Positions 25,318 through 38,308 of a DNA stretch of 64,000 bases are shown here, piece by piece. Numbering within the stretch: position 1 is the first letter of the stretch; every line of letters starts with the position of its first letter. A program made the position numbers and the translations under genes. A model generated the notes under the pieces. The model was given only the letters and a program-made list of their open reading frames with translations, was not told the DNA's origin and ran no database searches. Origin of the DNA: Squalus acanthias. Lineage: Eukaryota. The stretch is from NCBI GenBank assembly GCA_030390025.1, contig CM059427.1, positions 8,184,001-8,248,000 on the forward strand, in the 5' to 3' direction.

Positions 25318-26214
25318 GGGGGGAAAATTCAGTTGGTTGCGCCTCTCATTAGCGCCTTAAGAGGGCGCTAATGGGGCACAAAGCAACTAGCGCCCGGGCA
25401 CGGCAATGTTTGCGCCGCTCGCGCAATTAACTAGACATTTTGCGGCGGCGCTAAACACTACCACCACGATCTCCTGCGCCGGCAGATCATGACGTCAGTC
25501 GAGTGTGCAACGCCCCGGTAGCGCCCCGGAGCGGATATTGAGTGGCGCCCCCTGCCTTACCGCCTGCCGTTAGCAACGACAGGTGGAGGGGAGCGTTTTG
25601 CAGTCAGGAAGGGACTGGGGGAGCGCTATTTAAAGGCGACCGCTTCCTGCCTTTTTTTGTTGGTGACATTTTTGAACCACGCATTCTGAGAGAGAGAGAG
25701 AGAGAGAGACTTCTGGAGAGATTCAACGCTGTGTGAAGGAGTTTTGGGTACTGAGCAGCACTTTGCAGGTTCATTTTGATTTGCCATTCCTTGTATCGAT
25801 TTAGAAGAGATTGTGGGGGTTGCACTCTGAGCTCTTTCCCTGGTACTCTCCATTGTTCTTTCTAGCAGATTTGATGTACAGGTCTGTCCAGGCCGAGATT
25901 CAAGGCTGCAATGAGCAGGATGTGGATGGAAAGCAAGATCAACCCTCCCCTTTAAGAAGTGGCCGGCGCCATTGTGTCTGTGTTCCATTGCTGACTGACA
26001 TCACATGAGCTTCGCCAGCGCTCTGAGTTAGCGCCTCGCTCCTCGGCCTTTGCGCCTTAAGACAGATGTGTAGCGCCTGATTTAGCGCTCCAATCACTTC
26101 CAGGGGCGATAAAAGTCAAGTTTGCAGTCGGAGGTGATAATTAGCGCCAGGTGCTAATCTTTGCGCCCGGCCGATAATTGCGCACCAAATGGGGCGATAC
26201 TGAATTTCTCCCCC
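25318..26214. mobile_element. Harbinger non-autonomous element, subfamily A (inverted relative to 17614-18506)
   Basis: TIRs GGGGGGAAAATT / GGGGGAGAAATT, TSD ATA. Confidence 0.9.
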
Positions 26215-26404
26215 ATAATATTAAACAGCAAGTCTAATAGCATAACACATATAGAGCAACTATGGTTATTATAATGAGAATCTAGCAGGCATACTTACTC
26301 AATAAATTTCAAGATCAAGCCTTTATAAATGGAGGCTGACCAGAACAAGTCATGACACCAATAAAATGAAAGAAACAGAGCATTTAGCAGATTCTCAATC
26401 TGAA

Positions 26405-26820
26405 GCCTTGGCTCAGTCGTAGAACTCTTCCCTCCGAGTCAGAAGATTGTGGGTTCAAACTGTACACCAGAGATCTGAGCACGTAAACAAGATTGACACT
26501 TCAATGCAGTGCTGTGCTGTCAGAGGTGCTGTCTTTTGGATGAGATGTTAAACCAAGACCCCATCAGTCCTCCCAAATGTACATTAAAGATCCTATGGTA
26601 CAATTCGAAGAGCATGGAAGGTGTCTTGGCCAACATTTATCGCTCAATCAACACCACGGAAAACATTTAACGCACTGTTATTAGTAGGACCTTGCTGTGC
26701 ACAAATTGCCTGCCATGTTTCCGTACATTACAATAGTGACTGCACTTCACATTGGCTCCGAAGCAATTTGGGATGTGCTGAGGACATGAAACGTGCTATA
26801 TAAATGTATATTCTTTCTTT
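26405..26820 (+). mobile_element. DeuSINE-like SINE
   Basis: ggctcagtcgtag...gggttcaaac head; same core and tail as 7501-7928. Confidence 0.75.
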
Positions 26821-27019
26821 AGTAGGACCTGAAGGAAGTGCAACCACATGTAAACAGTAGGGGAGACATCAGTGGTATTTCAGGGATTGGAAGGGCAAAG
26901 AGCAGAACATAATTAGATGGGGAAATGTACTCTTCATTCCTGCCTCCTGAGTGCTTGTGCATCAATACCACTGGGCAAGAAAGGGGAAAATGATTCAGAA
27001 CCCCACACCTGAATATTCT

Positions 27020-27189
27020 TTCTTTGATGTAGGGAAAGATTTGAATAGATTTTGTCTGTGTTTAAATTGTGAATTCTGGGAGATTCTCTCACTGCTAACT
27101 TACCTGAGGAAGGAGCGAACCGCTCCGAAAGCTTGTAAAATTAAATAAATCTGTTGGACTATAACCTGGTGTTGTGCGACTTCTCATTT
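27020..27189 (+). mobile_element. Penelope-like 3' fragment (pLTR)
   Basis: Near-identical to 32087-32250; 11-bp TSD CTGAATATTCT (27009-27019, 27190-27200). Confidence 0.9.
27100..27138 (+). ncRNA. Minimal type I hammerhead ribozyme motif
   Basis: UUAC-CUGAGGA-A-GGAGCG/CGCUCC-GAAA-GCUU-GUAA. Confidence 0.75.
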
Positions 27190-29110
27190 CTGAATATTCT
27201 CCAATGACCTTTGCTGGAAAGTGGGCAGTTGTGAATGACTGATGAGGACAAGGTCAGGTTCAGCTATGATGCCTTCTATGGTCAAGTAATCTACCAGCAC
27301 TCACTGTCTTCAGTCACAATAAAGACTGGCTATTTTGGGTGAAATATTGGAAGGTAGCCAGCACCGATTAAACTGCGCCCATTTGAATCAGGGCCGGAAA
27401 AAAAATTGGGGAAAAAGTCAGCGATGTCAGCCACCAGAGGTGTATGACCCTACTTTAACAAATAGTTTGGTATTAAACATAAGAATGGACTGGAATTAAC
27501 TTGAGCCATGTATCAGCAGTAGGTAGTACTGGTACATTGTGCCCAGAAATAGAAAATAAATCACATCAATCTAATTAAAGAGTTTTGTGCTACACTTCCA
27601 TTCATCTCTCTTCAGGTCTCCACTCTGCAAAGGATGTTATGGGTCAGAAATGAGTTTTTGACTGCCACATTCCAATTCCCAGTTGACACTAATCCATATC
27701 ACAAAACATCACTAATTTCAACACTAATTGGTATTAATGCAGTCATGTGTAAAAGGGGCAAGCCCTGGGAACACACTGAGCTCATGTCAATTATCTGACT
27801 CAAGTCAGGATTAATAAGCACGCTGCTTGTGGTGAGGCCTGTATACTCGCAAAGAAAATGATGTCATAATAGCACCACCTTTGAAGCTGTTTGGCCCATC
27901 ACAATAATTTCCTCCTAATCAAGGAAAGCCAGTGGCGATGTACAAGGATAGTTCCAATAGTACCAGTAGTTCCTGATTTCAGAATTTGTTTAATTCTAAT
28001 TCAACTTTTTGATTCAGATTCAACTTCTTTGATTTTTTTCCTAATTGTCTGCCTGGCACTGATTCAAGTGGTGCAAAAGTTCAGTGGGTGTCAGCCACCC
28101 TCCAATGCAACATAGGAACGGCCAAATGGCCATTCGTTACATGTGAGTCTACACCATAAGTAGACTGCTTAATCATGGGACCATCACAACTAAGCCTTAT
28201 CTTGTCCTCATCCAACATTCACAGGTACACACTTTGCAGCACAGTTCACTGGAGAATACTCAGGACTCAACAGGAGTGGGGCTCCTTCTGACCTGAGGAC
28301 ATTAAGGCATAGGCACAACCACTGGGGGGGGGGGGGGGGAGCAGGGAGGAAGAGGAAGGCAGGGGTAAAAGGAGTGGGACATGTCCCTTCCAAATTTTGT
28401 TGCCATGGGCCGTGCGCCCCTCTCCTACTTCCAGTCTCAAAATTGCCCCCGCCCTCCCGCCCCGCCACCAACTGTTGACAACCAATTCTTTTGAAGCCAG
28501 TTGGAGCACCCCTCCTGCTGCCCTGCCTGAGATCAGTTAACTCAGCATATACTGGGAATCAAGCAGCATTTTTGATTTTAACAGTGCAATAATTCACTGA
28601 CTTACATTAACGGCGGTGAAATATTAAGGCTGTTATTCAGCACAATGAGAAATGTAGTGATACACAGACAGACAGGCTGGAGCGGCTTAATAGCCGAACC
28701 TACAAGACAAGCTGGAGACGAGACTAAACTATGGGCGCGAGAAGGCTGAGTTATTTCATAAAATATTAGCAGTGCACAAATATTTCAGCATACATTATTC
28801 ATAATATCGAGGCATCCAGCTGCAGTAAACTAAAACTTCCCAAAAAATTAGATGGGGATATTATTTTTTCTCATCGCGCCTAACTCCGAGTAAATAAAGA
28901 CTTTTTTTTGTGTTTTACTGTGTTCAGCCAAGTGGTGACATTTAATGTGGCCAAATTTTTTATTTGACAATTTGTGCAGAAGGGATTAAAAAAAACTTTG
29001 GAATTTCTAATTAAGTTCACCAAAAATTTTGGCCCAATTGGTTCCTTCCTTGTCCTGGTCTGGCTCAAAAATAGGGACAGCTGGAGGTAGTGCCTGCCTG
29101 TGACATACTT

Positions 29111-29432
29111 CATAGAATCAGAGAATGATACAGCACAGAAAGAGGTCATTTGGCCCATCGTGCGTGTGCCAGTTCTTTGAAAGAGGTAGCCAATTAATCT
29201 AATTCCTCTGCCCTTTCCCCATAGTTCGGCAAATTTGTTCCCTTCAAATATTTTTCCCATTCCCTTTTGAAAGTTATTACTGAATCTGCTTCCACCACCC
29301 TTTAAAGCAGAGCATTCCAGATCACAACAACTCTCAGCATAAAAAAAAATTCTCTTCATCTCACCTCTGGTTCTTTTGCCAATTACATTCAATCTGTGTC
29401 CTCTGGTTACCGACTCTCCCGCCAATGGAAAC
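29111..29432 (-). mobile_element. Decayed CR1 3' fragment
   Basis: catagaatca tail and GESVTRGH...RIFF remnant. Confidence 0.8.
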
Positions 29433-29599
29433 TTGCTCGAAATTGCTTCCCTAGATTGCGAAATGGAAAATGTGCTCCAATCTTCAGCACAGCTCCAATC
29501 ACATTAAAGCCCACGTTAAAGTGAAAAAAATTACATAGTAAGAAAAAAAAATCATAACAGGTCACTTAACACTCTTTTATTTTTTTAAAAAAGGGATGG

Positions 29600-30360
29600 A
29601 TAATTGTTTGACAAACCTACAAAGGATTTCAGTCAGCCAGCAGGCTCTGCAAAGCTGTGTCAGGCTTAATTGTCAGATTACTGCCTAATCAATGGGTTTT
29701 GTGATTTGTGACCGGCTGACAATACATCTAATCAATGTGTTTATGCCAGGCAAGCTTGCAGGAAGTCTAATGTTTTCCTGAATGTCGAAGTGAGTTCCAG
29801 TACGCTGCAAAAAGCTGGGTGCCGCATGCAAATGAAATTACCGACGAAGGTTGATTATTCATAGACTGCAGGGGACATTTGTTTAGTGATTGTGAGAATA
29901 ATGAAAGGCACACAAATAACCATTAATTACAATTTATTATCTTAATTGTGCTAAACTGCTGTATGATCAGTGTATTTTCATGCAGCTCAGCCTTGCGCAT
30001 AGTATTCTACTTCACTTTAAATAATGGAAGGACCATTCATAATTGGCTCTAAATGTAATTGCTAACATTTGTGACAAAAGCCTGTCTTTATTGATCATTT
30101 GGGGGAGATCAAGTGAGACATTGCAGTGAAACAAAGGCACAGTGCCCCTCGCCCCCCCTCGACCTCACACAAAGAACGCCGGGAGAATCACAAACAAGCA
30201 GCGATGGATCAGGTCCTGCTTGTTATGCAATTCATTTGAAATTAAATGAAAATATACAAGCGACAGTGAATTAAACATTTCAACCCGAAAAGGTATTTAG
30301 CAAGTAAGCAATCATTTCCAAAGCAAAGAGTGAGGATACAATCATTTTAGTCTCACATTA
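29600..30360. promoter_or_regulatory. Candidate conserved non-coding enhancer
   Basis: Repeat-free; CTAATCAATG twice (29685, 29728) each next to a TGACA site; dense TAAT/ATTA cores; conservation not tested. Confidence 0.45.
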
Positions 30361-31226
30361 ACCCTTTGAGCATTGCAAACCTTTTCCTGGTTCCTTTCAA
30401 ACCGGCAAAGCTGACTTGCGGCATATTTCCATGCTTTCCCCAATTTTTTTCCATCTCCTTCTCTTTAAGTGGCCTTTATATTTAAAAAAAATGGGTCTTC
30501 CTGAGTGGGCCTCGGTGAATCCCAGCAACTTTACTTTCAGATTACAGTAGCATGGGTCTTAGTGCAGTGCAAAAAGCAGCATTAGCTATTTATGGAAGGA
30601 TAAAGCTGAGCATTCATGATGGCACTGGAGTAACTGTCGAGCACAGCATGCTGGCTTGCCATAATCTTTCACACTGGTGAACTGTAGGCTCCTGACTGCT
30701 CCGTTTTTATGAATGATGCGCTACGAAACTATTTTTAGCAATTCAAGCGGATAGAATGTGGAGTGAAAGATTGAAGGAATGAAAGATAAAATACTTAGAA
30801 ATTTCCAGGCTACAAACTGTGAATGGCTCAGTATTTCGGCGCTGCTATTTACAGATTTGCAACCTGTATGCTCAAATCTAAGGCAGAGTTTCACATCCAC
30901 ATTTTCTTTGAATATTGCATGTCAATGATCGTTCCCAGGGATGGTGACAATTCAACTTACAGTCGTTCAAAGCAGTTTCAGCCTGAAATTGTGGAACTTA
31001 TTTCAGTAATCAGCAATTTCATATTTCATCTCAAAATGTTGAAAGATAGTAAAGAAACCATAAAGAGTAGAATGGAGAAACAAAATACAACAAAGTCAGA
31101 TTGACATAATCTGTTTACTCTTCAGAGCTACTTTTCAACATTTTTTTTGTAAAAAGCAATTTTGAAACCCGCATAAGGACATCAAACAATATGGAGTTAG
31201 GTAAGAGTGTTCAGCTTATCAGAATT

Positions 31227-31430
31227 ATAGAATCATAGAATCATAGAAGATAGGAGCAGGAGTAGGCCATTCGGCCCCTCTAGCCTGCTCCGCCATTCAA
31301 TGCGATCATGGCTGATCATCCAAATTCAGTACCCTGTCCCTGCTTTCTCCCCATATCCCTTGATCCCTTTAGCCTTAAGAAATATATCTAACTCCTTCTT
31401 GAATCTATTTAATGAATTGGCCTCTACTGC
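31227..31430 (-). mobile_element. CR1 3' end fragment
   Basis: atagaatcatagaatcatagaa tail plus ggagcaggagtaggccattcggccc 3' UTR. Confidence 0.85.
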
Positions 31431-31679
31431 AATCCATTCTTTCCATAGACCATGAACTGATTGCCTCTGTCCAATCTATTCTATCTGCTGAGAGAGGTGA
31501 CTAATCATTGGCAAAACTTCCAAGATGCTCAAGTTCAGGGACAATCCAAAATAAATTTGGAGGATTGCAACCCATTATACTTCTTTAATTTACTACAGAG
31601 CACCCAAGCTTTGTGGCTATGCGTGTGTTGAAGAATGCCCAGACTGCCCTCAACAGGATTAAGCAATGTCATTATGAAC

Positions 31680-32250
31680 ATCGGCGAGACCATGCAGACA
31701 CTGAGACAACGTATGAACGGACACCGCGCAACAATCGCCAGGCAGGAGGGTTGCCTCCCAGTCGGGGAACACTTCAGCAGCCAGGGGCATTCAGCCTCGG
31801 ATATGCGGGTAAGCGTTCTCCAAGGCGGCCTTCGAGATACACGACAGCGCAAAATCATAGAGCAGAAACTGATAGCCAAGTTCCGCACTCATGAGGATGG
31901 CCTCAATCGCGATATCGGGTTCATGTCACGATACAGAACGTGACTTGACATCATGGCCGGTCTTCCCAGGTGTTTTTTTTTAAAAAGACTAACACAAGAA
32001 CCTACACAGATTGACAGGATATGCAGCCAGCAGGTGGTTTGACACGTTGGACCCCCTGGGACACATCTCATTGTCTTGGCTGTGCTCTTTGATGTAGGAA
32101 AGATTTGAATATATTTTGTCTGTGTTTAATTTGTGAATTCTGGGAGATTCTCTCACTGCTAACTTACCTGACGAAGGAGCGAACTGTTCCGAAAGCTTGT
32201 AAAATTAAATAAATCTGTTGGACTATAACCTGGTGTTGTGCGACTTCTCA
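31680..32250 (+). mobile_element. 5'-truncated Penelope-like element (GIY-YIG C-terminus + 3' UTR)
   Basis: IGET...LRQRMNGHR...PVGEHF...EQKLIAKFRTHEDGLNRD; 9-bp TSD ATTATGAAC (31671-31679, 32251-32259). Confidence 0.92.
32164..32202 (+). ncRNA. Minimal type I hammerhead ribozyme motif
   Basis: UUAC-CUGACGA-A-GGAGC/GUUCC-GAAA-GCUU-GUAA. Confidence 0.75.
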
Positions 32251-33349
32251 ATTATGAACTTGTAACAGAGATCTTACTAAAATGCACGTTTCTACAGTAC
32301 TGCTCTCTTTACTGCTGCAGCCCAACTTTCCCTGTTACTGCCTCGGGACCCCATTCCTGTCACATGGCCTACTTAGCAGGCCAATTACTTTCTGCCCAAT
32401 TACATTTTGAAACTTTGTTCTTGCAAAAAGAAGAATAATAATTGCAAAGTATATTCTGAAGTATTCATATCTTCATGCTTTGTTAATATTCATTATTCTA
32501 CATAATTTTGCTGCTATGTTATCCCCTAAAATTATCTTGTGAATTAAGAGAGCTTGTATTTTTCTCCACTCTACCCTAGGCTTTCAGGAAGTACAGTAGC
32601 CGTGCAACAAAGAAAATAGTGCAGGGAGGCCTACTGGCAAATCCCCACCCCTATGTCAGCTCTTTGAGATTTTACTCCCCTCTCCCCACCAGGAACCTCA
32701 GTAACCCACTACCCCACTGCATTTGAATGATGGTAGGGGTGGGTCTATGGGAATTGGCTGATTTCCTTGCAATAGTAAGAACAGAACAGGGCTAGTGGTA
32801 CTGATTCTGTCGGCAGTGATGGTAAGATCACTAATGCCAAAGAAAGAGGGCAAGACATGGCCCTGTCCACCTCTCCATTTCCTCTGTCTTCTAAACACTG
32901 GCTGCCATGATCTGTACTCATGCAGACAGTCATTTGCACAAAATTATTCCTAGGAATATGACATACCCCTCTCCCCCCACTACCACCACCAACAGGGGGA
33001 TGGGGGCAGATAATCTTCCTAATCTACCCATTAGGAAGTTTATGATAGCCAGCCATGGTGATTAGGCAACTGATGTTTCATTCGTCTCTGTGTGGCGCTT
33101 GTGGCCTTTGCTCTTTGTTTCCCTTTGATGGTAAGGCCAAAATTCAAAACTCATGGCCCAAGCAATCATGCCTACGAAAGCATGGGACAACATTTTATTA
33201 GACATAATTAAGTAGTAATTGAACAAAATTATTTTGCTTGGCTAAAGAAAACATGCAAGATTAGTTTTCACAGAGAAGAATTCCAAGGTTTGAAAAAAAA
33301 ATATTTCCGAATGCTGCTTAAAATAACTTGGGCGTCTCCTAAAAATATT

Positions 33350-33538
33350 GGGGTGAATTTTAAATTTGGCGGGGTGCAAAATAGGCATTAGCAAATCGGC
33401 CGCCCATTATACACCTTGTCCAGTTTTCCTATCCATTGACTTCAATGGAATGTGAAATCAGGCGTGGTGTATTTCGATATGTTATAGCCAGTTTGTTACC
33501 ACCCGTTTTGTTCCCTCGTCGAGGTTGAATTTACTCCC
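33350..33538. mobile_element. Short palindromic MITE
   Basis: Ends ggggtgaattt / gaatttactccc; central ccattgacttcaatgg palindrome. Confidence 0.65.
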
Positions 33539-34680
33539 ATCATCTATGTTGGTTTACATTAGGCTTCTGTATGTAAAATATACACAATAGGGCATATAAA
33601 CAACATTAGAAAACTATCATGACTTTCAACAGACATCAGCGCGTTTCTCTTCTATGATTTTTATAGTTTATAGAATATCTCATTTCAGCTAATGAGGGTG
33701 GGAATTTTCATCACATGCAAATTACGATTTTTCCAAGAAAGGTTTTGAAAGTACAGAAACAAAATCTCATATCATTTCTTGACTGGCACATGAGTCTAAA
33801 GAGATTCTGCTGGGATTCAATTATTTTTTTATAATGCTTTCTTGGGTATTATAAAACATCTACAAAAAAATACATATATGTCAGCACTTTTCTGAGGATG
33901 ATAATGAATTATTTTAAGGCAATTCTGGTGGAAGTCTTTGCTTTATTCAGAGTGAAAACTTTGAATTGAAGGGAGAGACTAAGGAATAAATAGCACAGTA
34001 AAGAAAGACAGGAAAGAAAACAACAGAGAAAAATAGAGAGCGGGTAATGGGTTTAATTAGCAAGATAGATTTGTTCCTTCAAGCTTGAAGAAATAAATGC
34101 ATCTTAAACCTTGCAGAACATGTTAGTATCATCCAGTAAATATATGGACCAAAGTTCTTTCAAGACCAAATAATTAAATAATACAGGAAGAAGCTAAGGA
34201 AGTATATCAGTGATAAATAAATTTCTCCATTTTGAAGAAGCTTAACTTTTTACAGTGCAGATCAATATTACTAACACACACCCCTGGGTTCTGGCTCAAT
34301 AATTGGAAAGAGGTCAGTGGTGTAAGTATACAAACCATGCGTTATTGATATTGATCTTTCCTGCAAAAAGTTAATTATCTTCAAAGCGGATGGAATGAGG
34401 AACAACAATTTTTCACAGGTGGACTTCTCCAGCCTGAATCTATATATAGAAATTATTTAATTATGAGATGTTGCAGTTTTAATAGAATTTCGCCACAAGT
34501 TTCTGCAGCCGCTTTGTTCTTCCAATCCGTTTGCAGCTTTCGTTTTCAGCATTTTAATGCAAGCCTCGAGTGTAGCGCAACATGGCAACCACATCGAAAG
34601 GTTATTGATTACTTCGATATACATGGCTTAGGGTGCTAAGTGTGTGCCTAATCTATGGCAATCTAACACTCTAATAATTG

Positions 34681-35290
34681 TGAGAAGTCGCACAACACCA
34701 GGTTATAGTCCAACAGTTTTATTTGAAATCACAAGCTTTCGGAGCTGCTGCTCCTTCGTCAGGTGAAGTGAAGGAATACGAATCGGCAACGCATATATAG
34801 TCAGAGAACAATGCCTGTGCAGAGTACAATGTCAGATGACTACAGTTAATCTTTCTGACTGCCTTTTATCACACCTCGGCAGAGAAACAATCAGGTCAGT
34901 CAGGAAGGCATTATATCAAAGACATAGCAAGATACAACTAAGACAATGAGGTGGGGTCACAGGGGGTCTAATGTGTCAAATGCAGTCTGTATGGAAAACC
35001 ATAAACTTTAAACTTTTTACTTTTTTTTACTGGAAATCACATCTGTGAACAAGCCAACGACGACTCGAGTCTGGATGACTCTACGTCATGTAGCGTGACA
35101 TGAACCCAAGATCCCGGTTGAGGCCGTCCTCGTGGGTGCGGAACTTGGCTATCAGTTTCTGCTCGATGATTTTGCGTTGTCGTGTGTCTCGAAGGCCGCC
35201 TTGGAGAACGCTTACCCGCAGATCCGAGGCTGAATGTCCTTGACTGCTGAAGTGTTCCCCGACTGGGAGGTAACAATCCTGCCTGGCGAT
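34681..35290 (-). mobile_element. 5'-truncated Penelope-like element
   Basis: GIY-YIG C-terminus nearly identical to the 31680 copy; 11-bp TSD TCTAATAATTG (34670-34680, 35291-35301). Confidence 0.92.
34729..34766 (-). ncRNA. Minimal type I hammerhead ribozyme motif
   Basis: UCAC-CUGACGA-A-GGAGC/GCUCC-GAAA-GCUU-GUGA. Confidence 0.78.
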
Positions 35291-38200
35291 TCTAATAATT
35301 GGTGGATATTTTGGTGGCCACAGTGTTTTCTGAAAATTTAGATACTGGGGGGCGGGGTGGGGAGGGGGGAAAGAGAGATGGGGATGATCGGTCATTGTTT
35401 AGCCTGGGTCCAACTTATCGATGATACTATTGCTGCGGGAAAGTGTGCACATTCTCTGGTGGTCTAGTTCTTCAAGGGTTACTTAGGTGTATGTGTTATC
35501 CTGGTGGCTCTCTGTGAGTTGCTGCATTTAGGTTCCCTAGGAAAACTTGCACAAAGGTCTAGGCTTTCAGGATTTATTTCAACCTAACAAGTATCTTAAA
35601 GTTCTGGGGGCGACAAGGTTAAAACTTTCAAAAGACCTGATTGCTGATCCTCATCTGAGTAGGATGCAACTACTAAAGTTGGAAGCTGTCATCAATCTAG
35701 TACTGCAACCTCAAATGGTGAATACTGGATACCTAGTTGATGTGGATCTAAGGAAAAATTGAAACTCTCTACATTTGATTTAAAGGCCACAGTGACCAGC
35801 AACCAGACAATAAAGAACAACTTTGGCTGATTACACAGATACCTCAGCAGTCCCATCTCTAATGTCAATAGAGGATGAGGGATCGGAAACAAAAATATGT
35901 AGAACAGTGACTATAGCAGGTCAGTGCTGAAGGGAACATTTCCAACAAAAAAAACTGGGGATCAGAAATGAGGATCTAGAGAAAAGTATGCCTGTTTTAA
36001 ATGGATTCACGGATGGGTAAGAGAGTAATGAGATAGAATCCTTACAATTACTTACCTTTGGACCTGGGTTTGAGGAAAGCTGCTGGCTGATTGAAATTGA
36101 CAAAATTATCATATCAAATTCCCCTTTACAACCATGCAGAAAAACCCATGTGTTATGTTCCCAGGTTTCTGCTTAGATGTTTCAAACTGTTGGGAAAATT
36201 CGAAACAAAACTTACAATAAGAAGCAGCATATCTGAATATATTTGGCCTGCTCAGCAGAAGTTCAGAACAAGTGGACATGTATGAAAAAAATCTCCTTGC
36301 CACCAATATTATTTATCCAGCCATGCTAGAAACAGTCTAAAAGAGAAGATATCGAATTCTTCTTGTCCCCAGGTCAGGTGTGCAAGGAGTTAGACATGGA
36401 AGTAAACAGCAACAACTTAAGACATCAGAACTTAGCTCCTCCTTAGAAAAGGATTGAAAGTGAAGTCAATAGAAATGGAATTTGATACCTCGATCACAAG
36501 TGTAGGCTGAGTTGTAACTTTAAATCTGTTGAGAAGGGTTGATCATGTTTGAAATTAAAACCCAATTGTTATGAAAAATGAGCTTTAAAGAGAAGAATTT
36601 CATGAGGTGAGATTTGCTGTTGTAAGCAATGATTGTTACTTAAGAACATAAGAAATAGGAGCAGGAGTCGGCCATTTGGCCCTTCGAGCCCGCTCTGCCA
36701 TTCAATAAGATCATGGCTGATGATCTACCTCATCTCCACTTTCCTGAACTATCCCCATATCCCTTGATTCCCTTAATATTCAAAAATCTATTGATCTCTG
36801 TCTTGAATATACTCAACGACTGAGTCGCCACAGCCCTCTGGGGTAGAGAATTCCAAAGATTCACCACCCTCTGAGTGAAGAAATTTCTCCTCATCTCAGT
36901 CCTAAATGGTTGACTCCTTATTCTGAGACTGTGACCCCTAGTTCTAGACTCCCCAGCCAGGGGAAACATCTACCCTGTAAGAATTTTGTATGTTTCAATG
37001 AGATCACCTCTCATTCTTCTAAACTCTAGAGAATATAGGCCTAGTCTACTCAATCTGTCCTCATAGGACAATCCTCCCATCCCAGGAACCAGTCTGGTGA
37101 ATCTTCGTTGCACTCCCTCTATGGCAAGTATATCCTTCCTTAGGTAAGGAGACCAAAACCGGACACAATACTCCAGGTGTGGTCTCACCAGGGCCCTATA
37201 TAATTGCAGTAAGACGTCTTTACTCTTATACTCAAATCCTCTTGTAATAAAAGCCAACATACAATTTGTTTTCCTAATTGCTTGCTGTACCTGCATGTTA
37301 ACTTTCAGTGATTCGTGTACAAGGACACCCAGGTCCCTCTGAACACCAACAATTCCCATTCTCTCACCGTTTAAAAAATACTCTGCTTTTCTATTTTTCC
37401 TACCAAAGTGGATAACTTCACTTTTCTCCACATTATATTCCATTTGCCATGTTCTTGCCCACTCACTTAGCCTGTCTATATTCCCTTGAAGCCTCCTTGC
37501 ATCCTCCTCACAACTTACATTCCCACCCAGCTTTGTATCATCAACAAACTTGGATATATTACATTTGGTCCCCTCCTCCAAATCACTGATGTAGATTGTG
37601 AATAGCTGAGGCCCAAGCACTGATCCTTGCGGTAGCCCACTAGTTACAGCCTGCCAACCTGAAAATTACCCATTTATTCCCACTCTCTGTTTTCTGTCCA
37701 TTAACCAATCCTCAATCCATGCTAGTATATTACCCCCAATCCCATGAGCCCTAATTTTGTTTAATAACCTCTTGTGTGGCACCTTATCGAATGCCTTCTG
37801 AAAATCCAAATACACCACATCCACTGGTTTCCCCTTATCTATTCTGCTAGTTACAACTCTAACAGATATGTCAAACAAAATCCGTGTTGACTCTGCCAAA
37901 TCCTATTATTATTTTCTAAGTGCCCTGTTACCACGTCCTTAATAATAGATTCTAGCATTTTCCCGACTACTGATGTCTTTAGTTCCCTGTTTTCTCTCTC
38001 CCTCCTTTATTAAATAGTGGGGTTACATTTGCTACCTTCCAATCTGCAAGAACCGTTCTAGAATCTATGAAATTTTGTAAAATGACAACCAATGCATCTA
38101 TTATTTCTATAGCCAACTCTTTCAAAACCCTAGGTTGTAGACCATCAGGTCCAGGGGATTTATCGGCTTTCAATCCCATTAATTTCTCCAGTACTATTTT

Positions 38201-38308
38201 TTTTACCCCAATACTAATTTCTTTCAGCTCCTCATTCTTGCGAGAGCCTTGGTTCTCCACTATTTCCGGGAAGTTTTTTGCTTCATCTTCCATGAAGACA
38301 GACACAAA

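Noticed and set aside
27200-28270. Weak inverted similarity between ~27230-27280 and ~28170-28250
   Set aside because: Probably two ancient SINE-like copies in opposite orientation; too degenerate to name or bound
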